The position numbers and the translations under genes are program-made. Source: Bacteroidales bacterium (GTDB taxonomy: Bacteria > Bacteroidota > Bacteroidia > Bacteroidales > Muribaculaceae). Taken from it: a stretch of DNA of 64,000 nucleotides. The stretch is taken from NCBI GenBank assembly GCA_015061055.1, contig SUXH01000006.1:60923-124922 (forward strand), read 5' to 3'. This document shows positions 1 to 9,916 of this stretch, one piece after another. The notes under the pieces were generated by a model. It saw only the letters and a list, made by a program, of their open reading frames with translations. It did not search any database and was not told the origin of the DNA. How positions within the stretch are numbered: the first letter of the stretch is position 1; each line of letters begins with the position of its first letter.

Positions 1-1338
1 GTCTTTTAGCACATCGGTGAAAAGTAGTGATGGTTGGATTTCACCTCTTCCTCCGCATGATGGGCAAGACTCAAAGGTCTCTATGTCGAGCGCAGGTCTA
101 ACCCTCTGTCGGGTGATTTGCATTAGCCCAAATTTGCTTAGAGGCAAAATATTATGCCGGGCTCTGTCGTTTTGCATAACCTCTTTCATATGGTCGTAGA
201 GGGCTTGTCGGTGCTCGGCTTGTGCCATATCAATAAAATCGATAACAATGATGCCTCCCATATCTCTTAGGCGAAGCTGTCGTGCTATCTCGTCGGCAGC
301 GCGCAAGTTTACATCAAGTGCGTTGCTTTCTTGGTTTGACGAACTTTTTGAACGGTTTCCTGAGTTGACGTCGATGACGTGTAAAGCTTCGGTGCTTTCG
401 ATAATAATATATGCACCCGATTTGAATGAAACTGTTCGTCCAAAAGATGTCTTTATCTGCTTCGTAATGCAGAAGTGGTCGAAGATAGGTGTTTCTTTTG
501 AATAAAACTTCACGACATCTTTTTTGTCGGGAGCTATAGAACTCACATAATTTTGAATTTGTTGATACACCTCTTCGTCGTTCACGTAGATATTCTCAAA
601 TGATGGGCTGAAGATGTCGCGAATAAGGTTCACGGCACGGCTTTCTTCTTCGTAGAGTAGAGAGGGTGCTGTAGCTCTTTGAGCTTTAGCGATACTGTCT
701 TCCCAGTACTTAACGAGTGTCTTGAGTTCATTGTTTAGCTCAGCGACACGTTTACCTTCGGCTGAAGTGCGGATAATTACTCCGAAGTTTTTGGGGCGAA
801 TGCTTTCAATCAGTTGTCTCAATCGTGAACGTTCTTCAGAAGAACGAATTTTTTGTGATACAGAAATCTTGTCGCTGAACGGTATTAATACGAGTAGTCG
901 TCCTGTGAAAGAAATTTCGGTTGTGAGACGTGGCCCTTTTGAAGAAATTGGTTCCTTTGCGATTTGTACAATCAACTCTTGTCCGCAAGTAAGTAGGTCT
1001 GTTATCGAGCCGTGTTTGTCGATGTCGCCTTGAAACTTAGTCATACTGATGTTAGGGATTGTACGTTTGTCTTCAAGAGAGTCTTTTAAATATTGTGAGT
1101 AGGTCTTGAAGTTTGCTCCTAAATCGAGATAGTGCAAAAATGCATCTTTCTCATATCCTACATTCACAAATGCTGCGTTTAGCCCCGGCATTAACTTTTT
1201 TACTTTAGCAAGGTAAAGGTTACCCACAGTGTAAGATTCATCACGAGTCTCTTTTTGCAATGACACAAGTCGGGTGTCTTCGAGTAGAGCCGTAAGAATC
1301 TCGTTGGGTTGTACGTTAACTACGAGTTCGCTTCTCAT
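1..1338 (-). CDS. rng: ribonuclease E/G family protein (RNase G-like); 3' end runs off the window
   Basis: Absent from the ORF track because it has no stop in the window. My reverse-complement translation from ATG 1338 gives MRSELVVNVQPNEILTALLEDTRLVSLQKETRDESYTVGNLYLAKV... and stays open to base 1 (...SCGGRGEIQPSLLFTDVLKD). The N-terminus is typical of RNase G/CafA. Confidence 0.8.
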   Translation of the reverse strand, partial: MRSELVVNVQPNEILTALLEDTRLVSLQKETRDESYTVGNLYLAKVKKLMPGLNAAFVNVGYEKDAFLHYLDLGANFKTYSQYLKDSLEDKRTIPNISMTKFQGDIDKHGSITDLLTCGQELIVQIAKEPISSKGPRLTTEISFTGRLLVLIPFSDKISVSQKIRSSEERSRLRQLIESIRPKNFGVIIRTSAEGKRVAELNNELKTLVKYWEDSIAKAQRATAPSLLYEEESRAVNLIRDIFSPSFENIYVNDEEVYQQIQNYVSSIAPDKKDVVKFYSKETPIFDHFCITKQIKTSFGRTVSFKSGAYIIIESTEALHVIDVNSGNRSKSSSNQESNALDVNLRAADEIARQLRLRDMGGIIVIDFIDMAQAEHRQALYDHMKEVMQNDRARHNILPLSKFGLMQITRQRVRPALDIETFESCPSCGGRGEIQPSLLFTDVLKD

Positions 1339-1382
1339 TTTAGAAATAAAAAAATAAAAATGTAATGCCCTTATTGGGTCTT

Positions 1383-1473
1383 TATAGCCACTCTCTTGTG
1401 GCTATATAAAAACACAAAGAACAAACGTAATGAAGTAAAGTCTTTTTGCTATGCACTCATTATGTTTGTTCTT
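1383..1473 (-). other. two stem-loops in the hup-rng intergenic region
   Basis: Perfect 9-bp palindrome tatagccac/gtggctata (1383-1391 with 1398-1406). A 17-bp stem pairs 1417-1433 (aagaacaaacgtaatga) with 1457-1473 (tcattatgtttgttctt), with one G-U pair. Confidence 0.5.
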
Positions 1474-1640
1474 GATATGACTTAAATTTAGAAAGTTATA
1501 CTATAAGAAAATTATTTTTTCTTATGTCTATTCTTTCTAAGTCTCTTTTTGCGCTTGTGCGTAGCCATCTTGTGTCTCTTATGTTTCTTTCCGTTTGGCA
1601 TAATGAACTTAGTTTAAAAAGATTAATAATATATTTAATT

Positions 1641-1925
1641 TTATTTTTCAACTTGCTTTACTTGTTCCATAAACACTTTAGCCGGCTTGAATGCAGGGAT
1701 ATTATGTTCTGGGATAATAATAGTTGTTCCTTTAGAAATGTTGCGAGCTGTTTTTTGTGAACGAGTCTTCACAATGAAGCTACCAAATCCTCTCAAAAAA
1801 ACGTCTTCGTTATTAGCAAGAGAGTCCTTAACAATTTCCATAAACTTTTCTACTGTAGTAAGAACCGATGACTTATCTATACCAGTAGATTTTGAAATTT
1901 CGTTTACTATTTCTGCTTTAGTCAT
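1641..1925 (-). CDS. hup: HU family DNA-binding protein
   Basis: 94 aa; MTKAEIVNEISKSTGI...FGSF..K.R....RN pattern of HU/IHF. Confidence 0.9.
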   Translation of the reverse strand: MTKAEIVNEISKSTGIDKSSVLTTVEKFMEIVKDSLANNEDVFLRGFGSFIVKTRSQKTARNISKGTTIIIPEHNIPAFKPAKVFMEQVKQVEK

Positions 1926-2141
1926 TTTAGTTTAAAACTTTATAGTTATTTTTAATATATATGAATTTTAATTGTAAATAGTGTTTTTTCTAAAAACATC
2001 TAAAATGTTGTAAAAAGACAAGATTCCCTTGTTTTTTTCGAATAGTTGTGCAAATATCGGAATAATTTTTGAAATATGAATGACTTAGTCTGATTTTTTT
2101 GCAGTTAAAATGCTTTTTTGTTGAATTTATCAACGAAAAAT

Positions 2142-2180
2142 AAAAAACCGCACAAAAATGAATGCTTGTACGGTTTTTTT
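2142..2180 (-). terminator. candidate intrinsic terminator downstream of the DoxX gene
   Basis: On the minus strand, ccgtacaa / ttgtgcgg (8 bp, one G-U) is flanked by an A-run and a T-run. Confidence 0.5.
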
Positions 2181-2229
2181 GTATGTTGTGATTACAAAAT
2201 AATGTTCTATATAAAGATGTGGTAAGATG

Positions 2230-2682
2230 TTATGTAAGAGAATAATGATGTTGCTTTTTGTATTGAGAGGAAATAATGTAGTCGAAAGAAATTTTTCCCG
2301 GTCCTGTTACAAAAAGTATTAAAAACATTGTGAGGTAAACAAAAGCCAATTCTCCTCCTTGTGAAATGCTTCCACTATGTACGATGAAGAATGCTACAGC
2401 CATAGTGGTAATCATAGGTATAAGTACAAGCCTATAGAGAAATCCAAAGATGAAAAATATAGAACAAAATAGTTCGGCAAAAATGGCTAATAACAGTGAT
2501 ACTTGTGAGCCGATTCCTAATGGGTCGGGGAAAACGGTGATGAGGGTCTCGTAATTAGCCCATTTTACAACTCCATGCCACATAAGCAGAATGCCAAATA
2601 ATAAGCGTAGTGAGAGAAGGAATATAGACCGTCCGTTGCTTGATAAGTTGGTCGGGAAAAGAAAACGATAAATGTATTTCAT
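2230..2682 (-). CDS. DoxX family membrane protein
   Basis: 150 aa, about 4 TM helices, with a LLRL..G..L..HG..K-type N-terminal region. Confidence 0.6.
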   Translation of the reverse strand: MKYIYRFLFPTNLSSNGRSIFLLSLRLLFGILLMWHGVVKWANYETLITVFPDPLGIGSQVSLLLAIFAELFCSIFFIFGFLYRLVLIPMITTMAVAFFIVHSGSISQGGELAFVYLTMFLILFVTGPGKISFDYIISSQYKKQHHYSLT

Positions 2683-2827
2683 AACTTTATAACTTCATTT
2701 TTATTTGATAACAAAATATAATTAAAAAAGTTAGAAGTTGTGAGATGAAATTAGAGAGAGCTAATATTGGTTTATTTTGCAAGAGCTGAAAGATTGTGTA
2801 TATTTGCGTAATTTAAAATAGAGTAGT

Positions 2828-3538
2828 ATGGAATTGAACGGAATAAAGACTGTGTTTGTAGATCTTGATGATACAATATGGTGGTTTACTGAAAACAGTA
2901 AATTAGCATTGCGACATGTATATGATAAATTTGAATTGTCGAGGTATTCACCTGATTATGGAAACTTTCGTGATATATATGCTGCGAAGAATCTTGAATT
3001 ATGGGACTTGTATCATTATGGAAAAATTGGCAAAGATTATCTTGTTACTGAACGATATAGATATACTTTGGAACAAATTGGTGTGCGGGGTGATATCGAA
3101 GAAATGGCAAAGGATATTGATGATGAATATTTGTTTTATTTGTCATCGCTGGATAAATTGATACCCGGTGCTCGCGAGTTGCTTGAATATCTTGTAAATA
3201 AATATGATGTTAATGTGTTGAGTAATGGCTTTCAGGAAGTGCAACGTAGGAAGTTACACAGTTCTAATATAGAGAGGCTTATTCATCATCTTGTGTTGAG
3301 TGATGATTGTGGAATTACCAAACCATTGCGTGGTATATTTGATTATGCACTTGAACGTACTGGTGCTACTGCTGATACTACTGTGATGATAGGAGATAAC
3401 TATGATGCTGATATAGAGGGTGCAAAAAATGCCGGTTGGCACACAATCTTATTTAATATAAAGTGTTTTGATAAGAGTAAGGTGCCGGCTGCCGATGTGG
3501 TTGTAGATAGTTTAAAAGATATTATGAATGTGCTGTAA
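2828..3538 (+). CDS. HAD family hydrolase (YjjG-like nucleotidase type)
   Basis: Motif I VDLDDT, and a C-terminal IGDN..D..GA motif. A TAtaTTTG box lies at 2799-2806. Confidence 0.7.
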   Translation: MELNGIKTVFVDLDDTIWWFTENSKLALRHVYDKFELSRYSPDYGNFRDIYAAKNLELWDLYHYGKIGKDYLVTERYRYTLEQIGVRGDIEEMAKDIDDEYLFYLSSLDKLIPGARELLEYLVNKYDVNVLSNGFQEVQRRKLHSSNIERLIHHLVLSDDCGITKPLRGIFDYALERTGATADTTVMIGDNYDADIEGAKNAGWHTILFNIKCFDKSKVPAADVVVDSLKDIMNVL

Positions 3539-3540
3539 AA

Positions 3541-4137
3541 TTATTCTTCAATGTTTACACCATCGATGTCGATGAGGCGATTTTTAAAAGGTGGGATGTC
3601 GTCGGCATTGGTTTCAATTGTCATAGAGCAGTCGTTGTCGAATATTTGGCTGATGATATTCACACCTCTGTCTTTTACCAATTTCATTACGTTATTCATT
3701 GACAAATAGGGAAATGTGAATGATAGTTGAGCTTGTTCGTGACATTCAATTATCTCTCCATTTTCAATTGCATCGGCGGCAGCAGCTTTGTATGCAACGA
3801 TTAATCCGGATGTTCCCAACTTTATTCCCCCAAAATATCGAATAACAACAATTAATATATTGGTGAGTTCGTAGGAATTGATTTGTCCCAAAATGGGTTT
3901 GCCCGCAGTTCCTGATGGTTCTCCATTGTCGTTGCTGTAGAATTCTGTGCGATTGGTTCCAATCATATATGCCCAACATACATGTCTTGCGTCGTAGTAT
4001 TTCTTTTGGTATGACTTGACAATTTCTTTGGCTTCTTCGGAAGATGATACAGGGATTGCAAATGAGATAAATTTACTCATTTTCTCTTTGTATAATCCTT
4101 CGGATGTGTCTTTTATTGTTTTAAAGAAATCAGCCAT
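3541..4137 (-). CDS. yigZ: YigZ / IMPACT family protein
   Basis: 198 aa; DDGEP.GTAG.P-like block (NDNGEPSGTAGKPIL) and VVRYFGG.KLG. Confidence 0.75.
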   Translation of the reverse strand: MADFFKTIKDTSEGLYKEKMSKFISFAIPVSSSEEAKEIVKSYQKKYYDARHVCWAYMIGTNRTEFYSNDNGEPSGTAGKPILGQINSYELTNILIVVIRYFGGIKLGTSGLIVAYKAAAADAIENGEIIECHEQAQLSFTFPYLSMNNVMKLVKDRGVNIISQIFDNDCSMTIETNADDIPPFKNRLIDIDGVNIEE

Positions 4138-4432
4138 ACCTTTTATCTTCGAAAAAATACGTTTTAGAAGTTATAATACGAATTTTGCTATTAAAACTTT
4201 TTCTTTGTTATGCAAAGATAGCGATTAAATCCGATATAATTGATATTTGTGGTTGATTGGTTTATTTAATAGAGATAAACAAGAGCTTTGTTGTGTATAT
4301 ATATTGATAAATTGTTTCTGTTTTTTTGAACTTTTTATGGAGATATTATGTGTATTGCTAAAAAATGGTGTAATTTTGCAGTAGAACAAAAAAGAAATAA
4401 ATAATTAAACAAATAAAATAAACTGAATAATT

Positions 4433-4882
4433 ATGGCAAGTTGGTTTGAATGTAAAATTAGCTATCATAAAGTATTGGAAAATGGATTGCAAAAGAAAGT
4501 TACCGATCCGTTTATTGTAGATGCTTTGACATTTACTGAGGCTGAAGCTCGCGTAATAGAAGAGGTGTCGCCTTACGTAACAGGAACTTTTGATGTTACT
4601 GCAGTGAAAAAGGTGAAAATCTCGGAGGTTTTCTATGATGAGACAGGTGATAAGTGGTATTATGTGAAATATAATATGAATACTGTCGATGAGAAAACTG
4701 CAGTTGAAAAGAAACAGACAATATTGACATTGGTTCAAGCATCGGGCTTCCAAAAGGCAATAGATAACTTTATGGAAAATATGAAATCGACTATGGTGGA
4801 TTTTGAAATTGCTTCGGTAACTGAAACAAATATTTTAGACGTGTATCCAATGGATTACTCAAAGGGTAAAAAAGAAGAATAA
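4433..4882 (+). CDS. DUF4494-like conserved Bacteroidota protein
   Basis: 149 aa; the MASWFECKISY... N-terminus is characteristic of this family as I recall it. Confidence 0.55.
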   Translation: MASWFECKISYHKVLENGLQKKVTDPFIVDALTFTEAEARVIEEVSPYVTGTFDVTAVKKVKISEVFYDETGDKWYYVKYNMNTVDEKTAVEKKQTILTLVQASGFQKAIDNFMENMKSTMVDFEIASVTETNILDVYPMDYSKGKKEE

Positions 4883-4902
4883 AATCAAGATAAGATATTT
4901 TT

Positions 4903-5574
4903 ATGTCGAATATAGGTGATAGAATAACGACAATAGTTAATGCTTTACCTAAGGGGGTGAAGCTTGTGGCAGTGTCGAAATTTCACCCAATAGATTCCTT
5001 GCAAGAAGCATATAATGCAGGGCAACGTATATTTGGCGAAAGCAGAGTACAAGAACTCATGCAAAAATATCCCCAAATGCCTGCCGATGTGGAATGGCAT
5101 TTTATAGGACATCTGCAGACTAATAAGGTGCGTCAAATAGTGCCGTATGTAAGTCTTATTCATAGTGCTGATTCGAGAAAACTACTTGTGTGTATTGATG
5201 ATGAGGCACGACGTGTGGGTAAAGTTGTGAATGTGTTGTTGCAACTTCATGTTGCTGAAGAAGAAACCAAATTTGGCTTTACTTGTGAAGATTGTGTGGC
5301 AATGGTGACTGAAGGTGTGTTAGATGAACTTAAGAATGTGCGCGTGTGTGGCGTAATGGGAATGGCTACGAATACTGATGATGCAGATGTCGTACGTAGT
5401 GAATTTAAGGTGATAAAAGCTGTGTATGACACACTTAAGTCAGGATATTTTTACGACAAACCCTATTTTGCAGAGGTAAGTATGGGAATGAGTGATGACT
5501 ATGGTATTGCTATTGATGAAGGTAGTACGCTTGTGCGTATTGGATCGTCGATTTTTGGCGAGAGAAACTATTGA
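4903..5574 (+). CDS. yggS: YggS family pyridoxal-phosphate homeostasis protein
   Basis: 223 aa; LVAVSKF (PLP lysine), HFIGHLQTNK, SMGMS.D. Confidence 0.85.
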   Translation: MSNIGDRITTIVNALPKGVKLVAVSKFHPIDSLQEAYNAGQRIFGESRVQELMQKYPQMPADVEWHFIGHLQTNKVRQIVPYVSLIHSADSRKLLVCIDDEARRVGKVVNVLLQLHVAEEETKFGFTCEDCVAMVTEGVLDELKNVRVCGVMGMATNTDDADVVRSEFKVIKAVYDTLKSGYFYDKPYFAEVSMGMSDDYGIAIDEGSTLVRIGSSIFGERNY

Positions 5575-5635
5575 GACAATGCTAACTATAGTTGCAGAGA
5601 AAACCGAAAAAACATAAACTATAAAATTAAATAAA

Positions 5636-6940
5636 ATGAGTACAAAAACTAAATCAAATGGTAATGTCGTTGCGATAGTGGCGATGTTCTTCTTATTTGC
5701 AATGATTTCATTCGTTACCAATTTGGCATCGCCAATGGGTGACATTCTAAAAAGCCAATTCAGTATTCCAAACTGGCAAGGAACACTTGGTGTGTTTGCC
5801 AATTTTATTGCATATGCGATAATGGGGTTACCTGCAGGTAATCTGTTGCAAAAAATGGGCTATAAGAAAACGGCTCTTATTGCAATTTCAGTAGGATTTG
5901 TAGGTGTAGCTATTCAAACTTGCTCGGGAGTTGTTGGAAGTTTTGGAGTATATTTGCTTGGTGCGTTCATTGCCGGCTGTTCAATGTGTTTGCTTAACAC
6001 TGTTGTGAATCCTATGCTTAACAGCCTTGGTGGCGGAGGAAATAAGGGTAACCAATTAATTCAATTGGGAGGCTCGTTTAATTCGCTTGCAGGAACTATT
6101 GTGATTATTCTTACAGGTATTTTGATTCCTTCGATAGCAAAAGCTCAAATCAGTGATGTGTTCCCGTTGATGTATGCTGCATTAGCTATATTTGCATTTG
6201 CCTTTGTGGTGATTTTGGTGTCATCAATCCCCGAAAAAGAAAAAGAAGAAACAAAGAAAGAAGATTCACAATATGGTCCAATGTCATTCCGTCACTTTAT
6301 GTTGGGAGCATTTGGTATTTTTATATATGTAGGTGTAGAAGTTGGTATACCAAACGTGCTTCAGAAATGGTTGCAAAATCCGGATTTGAATGTGCTTGGT
6401 CTTACTGCCGGAGCAGAGGCTGTAGCGGCATCGGTGGCTGCTACGTATTGGTTGCTGATGCTCGTGGGACGTTTGCTCGGAGCTGCAGTGGGTAGCAAGG
6501 TGTCGGCAAAAGCTATGTTGGCAACAGCATCGCTTGTGGGAATATTGTTGGCTCTTGGTGCTATCTTTGCCGATACATCTGTAATGGTGAATATGCCTGT
6601 GTTTAAGAATAGTACAGATGGCTTGTTTGGGCTGGTGAATGTGCCTGTTAATGCGATGCTTCTTGTGCTTGTGGGATTATGTACTTCAGTAATGTGGGGT
6701 GGTATCTTTAACTTGGCAGTAGAGGGCCTTGGAAAGTATACAGAAAAGGCTTCGGGTATCTTTATGGCACTTGTGTGCGGTGGTGGCGTGTTGCCATTGT
6801 TGCAAAATGCAGTTGTCGATATGCAATCGGGAATAGGATATCAAGTGAGCTACTGGGTAGTTGTGGCAGGTTTGGCATATTTATTGTACTACGCTTTGTT
6901 GGGTAGTAAAAATGTAAATAAGGATATTCCTGTTGAATAA
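5636..6940 (+). CDS. MFS sugar transporter (FucP / glucose-galactose transporter family)
   Basis: 434 aa, about 12 TM helices. The N-terminal FF.FA.I....L.P pattern is typical of the family. Confidence 0.7.
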   Translation: MSTKTKSNGNVVAIVAMFFLFAMISFVTNLASPMGDILKSQFSIPNWQGTLGVFANFIAYAIMGLPAGNLLQKMGYKKTALIAISVGFVGVAIQTCSGVVGSFGVYLLGAFIAGCSMCLLNTVVNPMLNSLGGGGNKGNQLIQLGGSFNSLAGTIVIILTGILIPSIAKAQISDVFPLMYAALAIFAFAFVVILVSSIPEKEKEETKKEDSQYGPMSFRHFMLGAFGIFIYVGVEVGIPNVLQKWLQNPDLNVLGLTAGAEAVAASVAATYWLLMLVGRLLGAAVGSKVSAKAMLATASLVGILLALGAIFADTSVMVNMPVFKNSTDGLFGLVNVPVNAMLLVLVGLCTSVMWGGIFNLAVEGLGKYTEKASGIFMALVCGGGVLPLLQNAVVDMQSGIGYQVSYWVVVAGLAYLLYYALLGSKNVNKDIPVE

Positions 6941-6983
6941 AAAACTTTAGAGGATTAAAGAGATTGTAAGGTGATAAATTGAT

Positions 6984-7032
6984 GCACCTGTCGTGATTTT
7001 TGAATAAAAACAAGAATTATGACAGGTGTTTT
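6984..7032 (+). terminator. candidate terminator after the MFS transporter gene
   Basis: gcacctgtc ... gacaggtg followed by tttt. The loop is large (about 28 nt). Confidence 0.4.
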
Positions 7033-7089
7033 GCGTGTAGATATTGTTAATAAGAAACATTTTTTGTATCTTCGCTCAATATTTGTAAA

Positions 7090-9138
7090 ATGAATATCAT
7101 TAACGATAATATGAACGTAAAATTGATGAGAAAAGCTGCTGATAATATTCGTATATTATCGGCGACTATGGTGGAAAAAGCGAAATCAGGACACCCTGGC
7201 GGTGCTATGGGTGGGGCGGATTTTGTGAACGTGTTGTTCTCGAAATATATGGTCTATGATCCAGCGAATCCGATGTGGATAGCAAGAGATCGTTTCTTCT
7301 TGGATCCGGGGCATATGTCGCCAATGTTATATAGTGTGTTGGCTCTAACGGGTAAGTATACTATTGAAGAGTTGCAGCAATTCCGTCAATGGGGAAGTGT
7401 TACACCGGGGCACCCTGAAGTGAATCCAATGCGAGGCGTCGAAAATACTTCAGGCCCACTTGGTCAAGGACATGTGATGGCTGTAGGTGCTGCGATTGCT
7501 GAACGATTCTTTGTGGCTCGCTTTGGTGAAACGGTAGCACATAAGACATATGCATTCATTTCGGATGGCGGTATTCAAGAAGAAATTTCTGCTGGTGCAG
7601 GCCGTATCGCTGGTTATTTGGGCTTGAATAACTTGATTATGTTCTATGATAGTAATGATGTGCAGCTTTCTACAGATGTAAATGAAGTTACTGATGAAGA
7701 TGTTGCCGCAAAATATCGTGCTTGGAATTGGAATGTACTTGAAATTAATGGTAATGATGCAGAAGAAATAGCGGGTGCTATTGAAAATGCTTTAGTTGAG
7801 CAGGCGCGTCCTACGTTAATTATAGGTAAAACAGTGATGGGGCTTGGCTGTGTCACCCCTAATGGTGATAATTTTGAAGGAATGTGTAGTACACATGGTC
7901 AACCATTGAGTAAATCGGGTGCAAGCTACGAAAAAACTGTTGAAAATCTTGGTGGTGATATGAATGATCCATGGAAGATTTGGGAAGATGTTGCCGGTTT
8001 GTATGCTGATAGAAAGGCTGAACTTGAATCAATTGTAGCGGCACGTCATTCGGCTGAAAAAGAATGGGCAGCAGCAAACCCTGAATTGGCTCAGCAATTG
8101 GAAAATTTTATTGAAGGGAAATTACCTGAAATAGATTATGAATCAATTACCTATAAGCCAAATGTGGCAACTCGCACAGCTTCGGCAGCAGTGTTGTCTG
8201 TTCTTGGTGAAAAAGTGAAAAATATGATAGTTTCATCGGCCGACCTTGCAAATAGTGATAAGTCGGAGGCGTTCTTGAAGAAGGTGGGTGCATTGAAACA
8301 TCACGATTTTAGCGGAGGCTTCTTACATGCTGGTGTGGCAGAACTTACAATGACTGCTATAATGAATGGTATTGCATTGCATGGTGGTATGTGGGCTGCT
8401 TGCGCTACATTCTTTGTGTTCTCTGATTATATGAAACCGGCTATAAGAATGGCGGCATTGCAAGAATTGCCGGTTAAATATATATGGACTCACGATGCAT
8501 TCCGTGTTGGAGAAGATGGCCCAACACACGAACCGATAGAACAAGAAGCGCAAATAAGATTGCTTGAAGATATTAAGAATTCGAAAGGCTTAAATAGTAT
8601 GCTTGTTCTTCGTCCGGCCGATAGTGCAGAGACTGTAGTTGCATGGAAGATGGCGATGGAAAATAAACAAACACCAACAGCATTGATTTTAACACGTCAA
8701 GATGTTAAAGATTTGCCAAGTGTAAGTGGTAGTCGTTATCAAGATGCTTTAGCGATGGAAAAGGGGGGATATGTGGTCGTTAAGGCTGAAAATCCTGTAA
8801 TAACTCTTGTGGGTAATGGCTCGGAAGTTAGTGCATTGACCGATGCTGCTGAAATATTGAAAGCTGATGGAATAGAATGTAACGTAGTGTCGGTTCCTTC
8901 AGTGGGATTGTTTATGGAGCAACCTATTGAGTATCGTCAAACAGTGATACCAACTGAGATTCCTGCATTCGGCCTTACTGCAGGCTTGCCATGTGTGTTG
9001 CAACGAGTAGTGGGTTGGAATGGCTATGTAAAAGGACTTGAAAGATTTGGTGCTTCGGCTCCATATAAGGTGCTTGATGAAAAGTTTGGTTATACTCCAA
9101 CTCAAATAGCGGAAGACATTAAAGCTTTTTTAGGTTAA
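7090..9138 (+). CDS. tkt: transketolase
   Basis: 682 aa; SGHPGGAMGGADF and GEDGPTHEPIEQ motifs. Confidence 0.95.
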   Translation: MNIINDNMNVKLMRKAADNIRILSATMVEKAKSGHPGGAMGGADFVNVLFSKYMVYDPANPMWIARDRFFLDPGHMSPMLYSVLALTGKYTIEELQQFRQWGSVTPGHPEVNPMRGVENTSGPLGQGHVMAVGAAIAERFFVARFGETVAHKTYAFISDGGIQEEISAGAGRIAGYLGLNNLIMFYDSNDVQLSTDVNEVTDEDVAAKYRAWNWNVLEINGNDAEEIAGAIENALVEQARPTLIIGKTVMGLGCVTPNGDNFEGMCSTHGQPLSKSGASYEKTVENLGGDMNDPWKIWEDVAGLYADRKAELESIVAARHSAEKEWAAANPELAQQLENFIEGKLPEIDYESITYKPNVATRTASAAVLSVLGEKVKNMIVSSADLANSDKSEAFLKKVGALKHHDFSGGFLHAGVAELTMTAIMNGIALHGGMWAACATFFVFSDYMKPAIRMAALQELPVKYIWTHDAFRVGEDGPTHEPIEQEAQIRLLEDIKNSKGLNSMLVLRPADSAETVVAWKMAMENKQTPTALILTRQDVKDLPSVSGSRYQDALAMEKGGYVVVKAENPVITLVGNGSEVSALTDAAEILKADGIECNVVSVPSVGLFMEQPIEYRQTVIPTEIPAFGLTAGLPCVLQRVVGWNGYVKGLERFGASAPYKVLDEKFGYTPTQIAEDIKAFLG

Positions 9139-9158
9139 ATAGATTTCATTGATAGTAT

Positions 9159-9680
9159 ATGAGAGTAGCTGTAGTTAGTGCGGTTTTGTGTGCTTTATTT
9201 GGTGTGAGTATGATGAATGCTCAGTCGAAGTACACCGATGCTGAAGGTGATGCTTTGATACAGAGACTGAATCAAGCAGATACAAAGATTTTAGAATTGG
9301 AACAAAAGCTAAGGGATTGTACTATGAAATGTGAGGAAGAGTCTCTTAAAGCAAATGTACCATTGGCGACAATTTATTTTTCTATAGGTTCGTCTGAGGT
9401 AACTAATTTGGGCAAAACGATATTGGATGCAGTAGCAAATGTGATAAAAACTACTGATGATAGATATGTCGTTACCGGGTGGGCTGATGATTATACCGGA
9501 AGTGAAGCGATTAATGAAAAACTTCGGAAATATCGTGTAGAGAACGTAAAGAGATTGCTTGTTAAAGCCGGTGTTGATGAAAATAGACTCAAAGTTGTTG
9601 TTAAAGATGGAAATCTTGTTGGGCGTGGCGAAAAAAGTGCAGCTCTTGATAGGGCAGTGACTATAAAAATCGATAAATAA
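9159..9680 (+). CDS. OmpA-like (peptidoglycan-binding) domain protein with an N-terminal coiled coil
   Basis: 173 aa with a signal peptide. The C-terminus (VTGWADDYTGSEAINEKL...R...V) resembles an OmpA C-terminal domain. Confidence 0.6.
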   Translation: MRVAVVSAVLCALFGVSMMNAQSKYTDAEGDALIQRLNQADTKILELEQKLRDCTMKCEEESLKANVPLATIYFSIGSSEVTNLGKTILDAVANVIKTTDDRYVVTGWADDYTGSEAINEKLRKYRVENVKRLLVKAGVDENRLKVVVKDGNLVGRGEKSAALDRAVTIKIDK

Positions 9681-9698
9681 TAATATAAATATGTGATG

Positions 9699-9736
9699 AA
9701 AATGCGAGATTGTTTTTGCGATTTCGCATTTTTTTG
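9699..9736 (+). terminator. intrinsic terminator
   Basis: aaaatgcga ... tcgcatttt stem running into a T-run. Confidence 0.65.
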
Positions 9737-9818
9737 TGAGGCGTAATTTGTTTTGTGTGAAATAGTTTATTTACTATAATATTTTTTTTAAAAAATTGTA
9801 AAATAGGATTATTTGTGC

Positions 9819-9826
9819 TATTTTTG
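9819..9826 (+). promoter_or_regulatory. Bacteroides-type -7 promoter box (TAnnTTTG)
   Basis: tatttttg lies about 90 nt upstream of ATG 9917. Confidence 0.4.
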
Positions 9827-9916
9827 CATATTAAAATATTGCGTAACTATTTTTTAATTCGTCAAATGAATATAGATAAATAAACTCAAATAATTATTAA
9901 CTAAATTAAAAGTTCA

